A stretch of DNA of 64,000 nucleotides from Candidatus Altimarinota bacterium (GTDB taxonomy: Bacteria; Patescibacteriota; Gracilibacteria; UBA1369; GCA-2718715). Position numbers and translations under genes: made by a program. Shown piece by piece: positions 38,635-47,792 of the stretch; position 1 is the first letter of the stretch, and each line of letters opens with the position of its first letter. Where the stretch lies: assembly GCA_041242255.1 (NCBI GenBank), contig JBESAV010000001.1, forward strand, positions 128,001-192,000. The letters run 5' to 3'. The notes below the pieces were generated by a model. The model had not been told where the DNA came from. It ran no database searches and saw only the letters and a program-made list of their open reading frames with translations.

Positions 38635-39003
38635 CTATAATCCTTTCAAACTTTTCTTAACCGCACTCAAACCAAGCAAAGCACACTTCAAACGTGTAGG
38701 ACCAACATCAACCCCAATCATATCCACCACATCATCAGAAGATATTCCCAAAATATCTTCTTTTTTCATACCAATAACCTCCTCACTCAAAATAGACATA
38801 GAAGCCTGACTAATAGCACACCCCTTCCCTTCAAAACCAATCTCACTCAATACTTCCCTATCCATTTTCAACCATACAGAAATCACATCTCCACAAGAAA
38901 CATTTTTCAATTCACAACTACAATCAAACACGTCTAAAGCTCCATAATTCTCAGGATTCTTAAAATGCTCCATAATATTCTGCATATATATTTGTCGAGA
39001 CAT
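38635..39003 (-). CDS. sufU: SufU/IscU-type Fe-S scaffold or sulfur-transfer protein
   Basis: IMEHFKNPENYG, NxSCGD, GCAISQAS, RLKCALL. Confidence 0.9.
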   Translation of the reverse strand: MSRQIYMQNIMEHFKNPENYGALDVFDCSCELKNVSCGDVISVWLKMDREVLSEIGFEGKGCAISQASMSILSEEVIGMKKEDILGISSDDVVDMIGVDVGPTRLKCALLGLSAVKKSLKGL

Positions 39004-39006
39004 AAC

Positions 39007-39681
39007 TTATCTAATTAAAGTTATTGTTTGTTTCATTTCATACGTCGTACTCAATTCCCCACTTGGACTTTCAAACCTACATTTATAACCATCTAAATCC
39101 TCAATTTCCCATCCATGTACTATATCAAATAAGAACTCATCTTCAAACGCTCCAACACTAAACTTCACACCAATTAAATTCGAAACCTTATCATATTCAG
39201 CAGCGATACATTCTACTGATTCACCAGGATTATTAAGATAATAATCCTCAATCCAATCATAAGTATAAAGATCTGATATACTACAGTATGCTTCTTTAAT
39301 TCTAACAATATCATCACCAGATTCAATCCTCAAAAAATTCCTTTTAGCGTTACATAAAAATTCTCCTTCTTGATCAAATTGTATACTTGGACTAATAGTA
39401 ACTTCTGTTTCACCTTCCAGATAAATAGGCTCAAAGCCCCTATGCACAAGTATACCTACTGACTCATCAACTTTCATTATACAATCAATATCATCACTTG
39501 TTTTAGCTTTCACATCATTTATATCCCAACTCTCAACAACTTCCGTTTCTGTATCCTCAATCTCAACATTTTCTATATCATCTACACACCCCGAAATCAA
39601 CAAACCAGTCATCCCCAAACCTATCAATCTTTTATCCATATCTAATATTTTATTTCCCTCACTATACCTCATATTTGACAA
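39007..39681 (-). CDS. hypothetical lipoprotein
   Basis: LLISGC lipobox; true start may be ATG 39639 (MDKRLIG). Confidence 0.65.
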   Translation of the reverse strand: MSNMRYSEGNKILDMDKRLIGLGMTGLLISGCVDDIENVEIEDTETEVVESWDINDVKAKTSDDIDCIMKVDESVGILVHRGFEPIYLEGETEVTISPSIQFDQEGEFLCNAKRNFLRIESGDDIVRIKEAYCSISDLYTYDWIEDYYLNNPGESVECIAAEYDKVSNLIGVKFSVGAFEDEFLFDIVHGWEIEDLDGYKCRFESPSGELSTTYEMKQTITLIR

Positions 39682-39726
39682 AACTAAAGCCTAAGTGCAT
39701 AATCACATACAAATTAACTTTATGAT

Positions 39727-39912
39727 ATGAAAAAACCACAAGGAACAAACGGTACACTTAAACCTAAAAAACTCGAAAATGACCTGTACAAAGAGCTTAG
39801 AGAAAGACAAATCCAAGCTGCTTTAAGAAAAAAAGAAGGCGGAAAAAAAATATTAGGAAAAACTAGAAAATCATTTGCAGAAACAATAAAAAGAGTATCA
39901 GAAGAAGAATAA
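39727..39912 (+). CDS. small basic hypothetical protein
   Basis: 61-aa Lys-rich ORF filling the gap; catAAT element upstream. Confidence 0.45.
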   Translation: MKKPQGTNGTLKPKKLENDLYKELRERQIQAALRKKEGGKKILGKTRKSFAETIKRVSEEE

Positions 39913-39913
39913 T

Positions 39914-40501
39914 TCAACCTTCAAAATAAAAAAATCTATCAAAAGCTCCTTGATCCCCACTTAGATCTAGGAGTTTTAAATTTACAGATATCCCGCTTAC
40001 ATCCTTACCCTCATCAATCATAACTGCCAAAGCAGAAGCTCTATGATGACCATCTATTAAACAATATTTAACACCATCATACACAGCAATCAAACAAGTT
40101 TCATCTTCGAAATGATTTACAAATTCTTTCACTCTTTGATTTTCACGAATCGTTGCTTTCTCCTCAATACCTCGTGAGTTATCTAAGTTTCCCAAAAAAG
40201 TAGCATTATCTCTATCATTTTCGTAATAATCTCTCCATCCATTATAAGGTCCAATATATAAATTTTTTATAAATTCAACCAAATCATTAACTTCAACCTC
40301 AAACCAATTATCCAATCCCAACAAACCAAAATTCTCTAAGTAAGACTCCCTCCATTCTAGAACTGAATTGTATCCTCTATTTTTAGCAAATTCACCCCAA
40401 ATAGCATCCTCTCTTTCCATCCAATCAGACATAACCTCATCATATGAAATTTTTCTACCAATAGTTACTAAACCATTACCCATACTTTCTAAATTCTTCA
40501 T
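39914..40501 (-). CDS. ParB/sulfiredoxin-like N-terminal domain protein
   Basis: YCLIDGHHRASAL motif; starts 5 nt after the sufS stop. Confidence 0.6.
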   Translation of the reverse strand: MKNLESMGNGLVTIGRKISYDEVMSDWMEREDAIWGEFAKNRGYNSVLEWRESYLENFGLLGLDNWFEVEVNDLVEFIKNLYIGPYNGWRDYYENDRDNATFLGNLDNSRGIEEKATIRENQRVKEFVNHFEDETCLIAVYDGVKYCLIDGHHRASALAVMIDEGKDVSGISVNLKLLDLSGDQGAFDRFFYFEG

Positions 40502-40506
40502 ATTAT

Positions 40507-41715
40507 TTAGTTAAAAACTTTCACAACCTCCCTCAAACCCTCAATCAACTTATCTATATCTTCCATAGTATTATAAATCCCTATAGAGGCTCTTACCGAA
40601 GCCATAACACCTAACTTCTCATGTAACGGGTGAGCACAATGTTGACCTGCTCTCACAGCAATCCCCTTCTCTCCTAAAATATGTGCTACATCATGTGCGT
40701 GAACTCCTTTCACATTGAATGATACTAATCCAGATCTCACCCCAGACTTTTGTGGACCGATCAAATCAACAAATTCCAATTTCAAAAGCTCCTCTTCGAG
40801 ATATTTCACTAGTTCAATTTCAAATCCTCTATCAATAGACATCAAAAACTTACAAGCTTCTCCCAAACCAACAGAACTCTCAATTGCCGGAGTTCCTGCT
40901 TCAAATCTTTCATAATTAGATTTAAAAGTAACTTTATCCAAACTCACATTTTCAATCATATCTCCTCCACTCATAAAGGCAGGAAACTTTCCAATATCTT
41001 CCATTAATTCTTTTTTGGCGAACATTACGCCAATTCCAGATGGACCATAAAGTTTATGCCCTGAAAAAACTAAGAAATCACAACCAAGCTCTTTCACATC
41101 AATCTGTTCATGCACAACCAACTGACATGAATCTACCAAAAGTTTACAACCAACTTCCTGACATTTCCGACTAATCATTTCTATATCTAATCTTTGCCCC
41201 AAAACATTGGAGACTCCAAACAAAGACATAATCTTCACATCATCGCCCCGACTATTCAAAGTATCAACTATCTCTTCTTCATCTACAAAACCATCACTAT
41301 CTAAACCAATCCAAATAATCTCAAATCCAACTGTCTTCTGCAATTCAATCCAAGGAACCATATTCCCATGATGTTCAGCAACACTCAAGACAACCACATC
41401 ACCTTTTGAAAGATTTCTCCACCCCCAGCTCCAGGCAATAAGATTTATACCCTCAGTAGCATTCCTAACAAACACAACCTCATCATGATCAGCACCAATA
41501 AATTTAGCTACTTCTTTCCTTGCATTTTCATAAGCTAAAGTAGACTTTTCAGCTAACTCATAAAGTCCTCTATGCACATTTGCATATGAATCAATTGAAA
41601 AATCTCTTACTTTATCAACCACAACACCAAGCTTTTGAGCTGAAGCTGCAGTGTCTAAATAAACCAACTCAGGTCGTTTTCTAAAAACTGGAAAATCAGA
41701 TTTATATTTAGACAT
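40507..41715 (-). CDS. sufS: cysteine desulfurase SufS
   Basis: VYLDTAASAQK, ANVHRG, FSGHKLYGP, FEAGTP, RAGQHCA. Confidence 0.95.
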   Translation of the reverse strand: MSKYKSDFPVFRKRPELVYLDTAASAQKLGVVVDKVRDFSIDSYANVHRGLYELAEKSTLAYENARKEVAKFIGADHDEVVFVRNATEGINLIAWSWGWRNLSKGDVVVLSVAEHHGNMVPWIELQKTVGFEIIWIGLDSDGFVDEEEIVDTLNSRGDDVKIMSLFGVSNVLGQRLDIEMISRKCQEVGCKLLVDSCQLVVHEQIDVKELGCDFLVFSGHKLYGPSGIGVMFAKKELMEDIGKFPAFMSGGDMIENVSLDKVTFKSNYERFEAGTPAIESSVGLGEACKFLMSIDRGFEIELVKYLEEELLKLEFVDLIGPQKSGVRSGLVSFNVKGVHAHDVAHILGEKGIAVRAGQHCAHPLHEKLGVMASVRASIGIYNTMEDIDKLIEGLREVVKVFN

Positions 41716-41716
41716 A

Positions 41717-42709
41717 TTATTTTGTTACTAATTTATCCAACTTCTCTATCATATCCTGATTCTCAAAATTCTCATAACCAGACCTTAAAAACCCTTGTTT
41801 TATAAGTTTTTTAGCAACTTCATCACTTATCCCTCTACTCTTCAAATAAAATAATTTATCTTCAGTTATCTTTGAAATAGCAACACCATGCCCAGCCTTC
41901 ACATCATTTGTTTTTATCTCTAGAGAAGGTATAGCCTCAACATAAGCCGAATTATCCAAAATCATAACATCCTCTTTCAAATAACTATCCGTCCCACCAC
42001 CTTCTAAGCTAATATTTATCTCACCCAAGAAAGTAACTCTAGATTTATCCTCTTGGACACCCTTTACCAAAATCTGACCATTACAGTCTTTAGCCTGAAA
42101 ATAGTTAGCCACATTTGCATTCTTCTTTTCTGAACCATTATTAAGATAAACCCAATCCACGTCAGCTTTTGCAGCTCTTCCTTCTAAAAAATTCTTAATA
42201 TCAAAATAGCCATTTTCAACCCCCAAATCAGCCACTCTATAATTTAACACACCTCTCTCTTCCACTCGAATACGTGATACCAAAACAGTTTCTGAGTCAC
42301 AAACATCCACCTCCAGGTCCAACCCAGATCCTACTCCAACAACTCCTTCAATCAAACAGCAATTCAAATCTCCTCCAGTAATTTCAAGAACTCCACTCAT
42401 TCCTTCAACAACTTTTACACATAAATACCCCACGCCTGACAAATCAACCTCAACTTTTTCCACATCCTCATTAAGCTCTACAAATAAAGCTTTTCTGCCT
42501 TCTATTTTTAAAATTTCTACAGGTAAATCTCCACTTTGCACAACTTTTCCACATATTTGTTCAAAACTTTTAAGATCAGCTCCTATACAATCTATCTCAC
42601 TATTTTCACTAACAGATAAATTATCTAAAAAGCTCGTATCAATTTTCACTCCACGATTAACACCTCCATCATATTCACATAAAACTGAAACAAATTCTTT
42701 AAATTTCAT
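41717..42709 (-). CDS. sufD: Fe-S assembly protein SufD (divergent)
   Basis: PSLEIKTNDVKAGHG, LFYLKSRGI; between sufB and sufS. Confidence 0.85.
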   Translation of the reverse strand: MKFKEFVSVLCEYDGGVNRGVKIDTSFLDNLSVSENSEIDCIGADLKSFEQICGKVVQSGDLPVEILKIEGRKALFVELNEDVEKVEVDLSGVGYLCVKVVEGMSGVLEITGGDLNCCLIEGVVGVGSGLDLEVDVCDSETVLVSRIRVEERGVLNYRVADLGVENGYFDIKNFLEGRAAKADVDWVYLNNGSEKKNANVANYFQAKDCNGQILVKGVQEDKSRVTFLGEINISLEGGGTDSYLKEDVMILDNSAYVEAIPSLEIKTNDVKAGHGVAISKITEDKLFYLKSRGISDEVAKKLIKQGFLRSGYENFENQDMIEKLDKLVTK

Positions 42710-42720
42710 AAAAAAAATTA

Positions 42721-44136
42721 TTATCCAACAGAACCTTCCATCTCTAACTCAATCAACCTATTCATCTCCACCGCATACTCCATAGGTAGCTCCTTCACAA
42801 TTGGCTCAATAAATCCATTTACGATCATAGCCTTAGCTTCTTCCTCCTCAATCCCACGACTAGTCAGATAAAAAATATCCTCATCATTCAATTTTCCAGC
42901 TGAAGCTTCATGAGCTATTGTTACGTCATTATTCATTATTTTCATTTCAGGAAATGTATCAGACCTTGAATAATCATCTAAAATCAACGCATCACATTCT
43001 ACTCTCGCAGTAACATTCTTAGCCTGAGGTAAAACATGAAGCAATCCTCTATAAACAGATGTCCCACCACCTTTAGACAAACTCTTCATCACAACATTAC
43101 AAGAAGTATCAGAGGCCGAACATATAACTTTAGCCCCAGTATCCTGAATCTGCCCTTCATTTGCAAATGCAATCCCCAAGTGATCTGCATGAGCTCCTCT
43201 CCCTTTTAAAATCGAACATGGATAAAGCATAGTCACTCCACTTCCCATATTACCACCAACCCACTCCATCACAGCATTTTCTTCAACTATAGCTCTTTTA
43301 GTATTTAGGTTATAAGTATCTTTACTCCAGTTCTCAACACTAGAGTACCTAACCCTTGATCCTTTCCCAGCATATATCTCTACACATCCAGCATGCAAAG
43401 CATTTGAACCATACTTAGGGGCTGAACAACCTTCAATGTAATGAACTTCAGCACCCTCCTCCACAATTATCAAAGTATGCTCAAATTGTCCTTGAGAAGG
43501 AGCATTCATTCTAAAGTAAGCCTGTAAAGGCATATCAAGTTTCACTCCAGCTGGAACATACAAAAATGTTCCACCACTCCAAACTGCCCCATGCAAAGCT
43601 GCAAATTTATGATCTGAATTAGGCACACACTTCATAAAGTATTTCTTGAAAAGTTCAGGATGCTTCTGAATAGCCACATCACAATCTTCAAAAATCACTC
43701 CCTTCTCCGCCCACTCTTCTTTCAACGAGTGATAAACAACCTCCGATTCATACTGAGCTCCAACACCTGCCAACACAGCTCTCTCAGCCTCAGGGATTCC
43801 AAGCTTCTCAAAAGTATTTTTTATATCATCGGGAACATCATCCCAAGTCTTCCCATTTTTCCCCATTGAATCTGCCTTTGCATAGTAAGTAATCTCTTCC
43901 AGATTCAACTTTGCCAAATCTGGCCCCCATTTCGGCAATTCAATCTCATAAAACTTTTTCAGCGACTCCAATCTAAACTCAAGCATCCATTCTGGCTCAC
44001 CTTTATCTTTCCAAATCATCTTAATCAATTCCTCACTCAAACCTTTTGGAAAAGCCTTCTGATATGAAGCATCATTTTTATGATCAAAAGTATCTCTATT
44101 TAAACCGGCAAAAATCGCATCTTTTTCCAAAGCCAT
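42721..44136 (-). CDS. sufB: Fe-S assembly protein SufB
   Basis: GVGAQYESE, AVWSGG, GQFEHTLI, HYIEGCSAP, HEASAG, EMEGSVG. Confidence 0.97.
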   Translation of the reverse strand: MALEKDAIFAGLNRDTFDHKNDASYQKAFPKGLSEELIKMIWKDKGEPEWMLEFRLESLKKFYEIELPKWGPDLAKLNLEEITYYAKADSMGKNGKTWDDVPDDIKNTFEKLGIPEAERAVLAGVGAQYESEVVYHSLKEEWAEKGVIFEDCDVAIQKHPELFKKYFMKCVPNSDHKFAALHGAVWSGGTFLYVPAGVKLDMPLQAYFRMNAPSQGQFEHTLIIVEEGAEVHYIEGCSAPKYGSNALHAGCVEIYAGKGSRVRYSSVENWSKDTYNLNTKRAIVEENAVMEWVGGNMGSGVTMLYPCSILKGRGAHADHLGIAFANEGQIQDTGAKVICSASDTSCNVVMKSLSKGGGTSVYRGLLHVLPQAKNVTARVECDALILDDYSRSDTFPEMKIMNNDVTIAHEASAGKLNDEDIFYLTSRGIEEEEAKAMIVNGFIEPIVKELPMEYAVEMNRLIELEMEGSVG

Positions 44137-44193
44137 ATTTGTTTATAAATCAGCAAAAAACTAACAAATTACCCCCAAAAACTCAACTCCAAT

Positions 44194-44670
44194 CTACTCA
44201 CATGAAGTAGATCCACCCAAAAACCTTTGAGCAGATACCAAATCAGCTCTCTTCTCATACTCTCTACTTGGATCTATTCTCAAATTTGTAATTGTATAAC
44301 GATTACCAACTTCTGAATATTTACAATCTCCCAAATTATCAAAAGTTTCTCTTAAACCAATTTTATCTTTATCTTCATCATTCAAACAAATATCAGCAAA
44401 TTCACCAGTATCAGGAGTATAAAACTCTGCCGGAAGCAATCCAGCACTCATATTAGTTATCATAATACACATTTCATTATCCCCTCTACTCGCCAAAGGC
44501 TCAGACAAAGTATATTCACCTTCATAAAAAACTACTTCACCTGAAGCATCTTCTATATCTTGATCTTCTACGTTTGTTTCCCCATCATTCATATCAATGT
44601 TCTCCACCCCAGCATTACTACAACCAACTATAAACACAGACATAACCACACACACAATAAACTTTTTCAT
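44194..44670 (-). CDS. hypothetical lipoprotein
   Basis: MKKFIVCVVMSVFIVGC lipobox from ATG 44670 (track start 44691). Confidence 0.7.
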   Translation of the reverse strand: MKKFIVCVVMSVFIVGCSNAGVENIDMNDGETNVEDQDIEDASGEVVFYEGEYTLSEPLASRGDNEMCIMITNMSAGLLPAEFYTPDTGEFADICLNDEDKDKIGLRETFDNLGDCKYSEVGNRYTITNLRIDPSREYEKRADLVSAQRFLGGSTSCE

Positions 44671-44705
44671 AATACAAATTAATTTGATCAAACTTTATCA
44701 AACTA

Positions 44706-45254
44706 TCACTCATCTGCCAATTCAAGAGACCTACACAAATCAACAAATTCTTCTAAAACCATATGACCCGATTCATCAATCTCAACTTCCAAATCCTCAT
44801 TAACTACATAATCAAACTCCAGCAAAAAGTAGTCTGATCTTCTATCATCACAAATCTTAAAATAAATCTCTCCAAAGATATGCCCCTCCAATTCATCAAA
44901 TTCTACAAAATCATAAACTCTCACATCACGATCCTCATACACCACATCAAAAGCATCTAAATCATTCCTATTTTCTGGAGTAAAAAAATAATAAGCTCCA
45001 CTTTCATCACCTCCTCGATTTTGAAACAAATCACACTCCATTTCATCAAATACATAATCGTCCCTCACTTTATATCTCAATTCAGGACATTCATAAGCAA
45101 CACCCAAATCAATAGCTCCTACCTCAAACACCTCTGTTTCTAAAAGCTCTCCATCATTTCTTAAATCCAATCTACTCTCAACAACTAAACCATCATCAAC
45201 ACCACACATACCAATCAAACCACCCAAAATTAAACACAAAAAAATTACCAACAT
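44706..45254 (-). CDS. hypothetical acidic exported protein
   Basis: Hydrophobic N-terminus, D/E-rich body. Confidence 0.55.
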   Translation of the reverse strand: MLVIFLCLILGGLIGMCGVDDGLVVESRLDLRNDGELLETEVFEVGAIDLGVAYECPELRYKVRDDYVFDEMECDLFQNRGGDESGAYYFFTPENRNDLDAFDVVYEDRDVRVYDFVEFDELEGHIFGEIYFKICDDRRSDYFLLEFDYVVNEDLEVEIDESGHMVLEEFVDLCRSLELADE

Positions 45255-45307
45255 ACCCCAAAATTAAACAAATAAATTTTAACACAATAAGTTTACCTAA
45301 ACTTAAA

Positions 45308-45341
45308 ATACAGGTCATAGTCCGAAAACTATAACCTGTAT
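45308..45341 (-). terminator. hairpin/terminator downstream of the M23 gene
   Basis: atacaggtcatagt-ccgaaa-actataacctgtat near-perfect stem. Confidence 0.55.
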
Positions 45342-45401
45342 CCTCAACCACCTCCGAAGTCTTAGCTAGTTCTTACGCTGTGAGCATTCTTCACGGAGGG
45401 T

Positions 45402-46556
45402 TTAGCTAGGATTTTTATACAACACCAAAGAGTCAACACACATCGGCTTGCCATCCTGCGACTTATTTTGAGCGTACAGAATCGACTCCGTCTGCCCATA
45501 ATAGTCATCATAGAACACAGGCTCGTAGAAACCAACGTAGTTGATTCCATCAGTCTGACTCAAGGTTCTTGAACGATTACCAGTAGGCTTTGACCACAGG
45601 TAAAACACCTCATCACTCATCTGCTCATCTTCATAGCAGTTCATATCAACCACCATCCAATGATTCCCAGAATCCAAGTGCTTCACCTTCCACGCAAACC
45701 ATCCACCATACTCAAAGTTATAGTAGAAATCTTTGCCATGGATATTCGACCCAAGGTAGTGCAGCGCATAGTAATCATAACTATACGATGTATACTTTGG
45801 AGTCGTATACCTATACCAGTTAGTAGTATTGGAATACGTTCCCAACACTTCCAACTCAGCCCCAAGGTTGACTCGTCCAGTGTTATCCAGGATCGCCTTG
45901 TCCTCCTCCAGCTCAGAGTAAAGCCAAGCATACTGATCAGCGCGACCTTCTACAAAGTCAAACTCAATTGACTCATAGTCACCCACGTTATAATCAGTAA
46001 CCAAACTCATATCCAAGTGAGGATGAGAAGAGATTCCAGTATGGCCAACTTCACCTACCTTCTCTCCCTGTCTCACACGCACAGCCGTCACACCTTTCGG
46101 TCGACCTACCTGAAACTTCTGAGGAATCGAATCATACTTTAGATGATTCAACCGCAGGTAGTAATCAACACCATCAGGCTTGATCACAACAGTGTTTCCC
46201 CAGCCTCCATTGCATCCTCCACCCATACAGATGAAGTCAACTTTATCATGGACTGCAGAAACAACCCATCCATTCACAGGCGACACAACATCAACTCCAA
46301 ACACCTTATTCGAAGTACTAGCTGAAGTATCCCCCATATCGAAGTCATAGGCATACGCATAACGTCCTTTATGCGTGTACGTACCATTGTTCCCCTGCGG
46401 TATTCTCACCACAGTACCTTTCTTGAAAGGAAGAAAAACCATCGGCTTTTCATCCACTCCATAGCTGTAGACAGTGCTGGCCTCAGCCAGATCACCACAA
46501 GCAATAAAGGCCACCATGACCCCAATTGCCATCAGCAATTTCTTCCAGACATGCAT
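45402..46556 (-). CDS. M23 family metallopeptidase (secreted)
   Basis: THKG..AYD, SPVNGWV, GWGNTVVI, NHL, VRQGE.VG.VGHTG.SSHPHL; AAGGAGG RBS upstream. Confidence 0.88.
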   Translation of the reverse strand: MHVWKKLLMAIGVMVAFIACGDLAEASTVYSYGVDEKPMVFLPFKKGTVVRIPQGNNGTYTHKGRYAYAYDFDMGDTSASTSNKVFGVDVVSPVNGWVVSAVHDKVDFICMGGGCNGGWGNTVVIKPDGVDYYLRLNHLKYDSIPQKFQVGRPKGVTAVRVRQGEKVGEVGHTGISSHPHLDMSLVTDYNVGDYESIEFDFVEGRADQYAWLYSELEEDKAILDNTGRVNLGAELEVLGTYSNTTNWYRYTTPKYTSYSYDYYALHYLGSNIHGKDFYYNFEYGGWFAWKVKHLDSGNHWMVVDMNCYEDEQMSDEVFYLWSKPTGNRSRTLSQTDGINYVGFYEPVFYDDYYGQTESILYAQNKSQDGKPMCVDSLVLYKNPS

Positions 46557-46672
46557 TGCTGCCTCCTTGTTGTTGTTTTCCTAGCTAAAACTTTTTCAAA
46601 GAACACCACACTAGCGTATCAACAACTTACAAAAGCAACCTTTCACAAAATCAAAAAACTTCTCCACAAAAC

Positions 46673-46700
46673 TTGACATATCCAAAAAGAATGATAGCAT
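46673..46700 (+). promoter_or_regulatory. sigma70 promoter TTGACA-16bp-TAGCAT (extended TG)
   Basis: Upstream of the 73-aa ORF. Confidence 0.5.
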
Positions 46701-46724
46701 TAAACCTTAATTTAAAAAGTCACC

Positions 46725-46946
46725 ATGAAATTAACAAAACTAATAAACAACTTGTTCCAAAAACCACAAGAGGAACAACAAGTTGAGGGTTATTCTAGAG
46801 AAACGGATTACAGAATCTTCTCAGACCAGGAGTTGCCTGCTTACCTAAGAAAAAAACATACAAACCCAGAAACAGGAAAAGTTGACATTAAATCTGCAAG
46901 AGAAGAATACGCTAGAAGTTGTGCTGAAATACTAGAGTTAGTTTAA
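46725..46946 (+). CDS. small hypothetical protein
   Basis: 73-aa ORF with own promoter; stop overlaps the sufC stop. Confidence 0.55.
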   Translation: MKLTKLINNLFQKPQEEQQVEGYSRETDYRIFSDQELPAYLRKKHTNPETGKVDIKSAREEYARSCAEILELV

Positions 46947-47695
46947 ATCCAACCAAACCCTTTCTCTTCAATTTCTTTAGCAAAATCACTACCACCAGAC
47001 TTTACGATGACACCATCCTTCATCACATGTACAAAATCTGGTTTTATGTATTCTAAAATTCTCTGATAATGTGTCACAATCATAATTCCCATATCAGAGT
47101 TTTCAGTATGCACTTGATTAACTCCCTTACTCACTATCTTCAAAGCATCCACATCTAAACCAGAATCAGTTTCATCAAGCATTGCTAAACTAGGTTTTAA
47201 AAGTTTCAACTGCAAAATCTCCATCTTTTTCTTTTCTCCACCTGAAAAACCTTGATTTACATATCTATCCAAAAAATCTTCCTCCATATCCAACTCTTCC
47301 AAAACTGGCTTAAGCATTTTCTTAAACCTAAAGGCTTTTACAGTTTTAGCATCAGGATCATTACCCAACAAATGAGCATTATACGAAGCCATTAAGAAAT
47401 TTAGCATAGAAACACCAGCTATCTCTTTTGGGTATTGAAAAGCCAAAAACAGACCAGCCAGGGATCTTTCATGGGCCTCCATTTCAACTAAATCATTCCC
47501 ATTCAAAGAAACCTCACCAGCATCTATCTCATAAGACGGATGCCCCATTAATGAATTAACTAAAGTACTTTTTCCTGAACCATTTGGACCCATTACACAG
47601 TGAATTTCACCCTTCTTTACATCCAAATTCACTCCTTTCAAAATACCCTCACCTTCTACTGAAACCTTTAAATCTTTAACACTCAATAAAGTCAT
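46943..47695 (-). CDS. sufC: Fe-S assembly ATPase SufC
   Basis: GPNGSGKST, FLAFQYP, GFSGGEKKK, LDETDSGLDVDAL, THYQRIL. Confidence 0.97.
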   Translation of the reverse strand: MTLLSVKDLKVSVEGEGILKGVNLDVKKGEIHCVMGPNGSGKSTLVNSLMGHPSYEIDAGEVSLNGNDLVEMEAHERSLAGLFLAFQYPKEIAGVSMLNFLMASYNAHLLGNDPDAKTVKAFRFKKMLKPVLEELDMEEDFLDRYVNQGFSGGEKKKMEILQLKLLKPSLAMLDETDSGLDVDALKIVSKGVNQVHTENSDMGIMIVTHYQRILEYIKPDFVHVMKDGVIVKSGGSDFAKEIEEKGFGWI

Positions 47696-47792
47696 TGAAC
47701 CTTTTTAAATCAAGCAAAATATAACTAATTCAAAAAAAATCTCAACCTCCATACCAATTTAGGCTAGAATACATTCACCTATAAAAACAAAC

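Noticed and set aside
39914-41715. Dnd/Ssp phosphorothioation system (desulfurase + DGxHR protein)
   Set aside because: The desulfurase is a SufS within sufBDS; no PAPS-reductase-like DndC or DndD ATPase present
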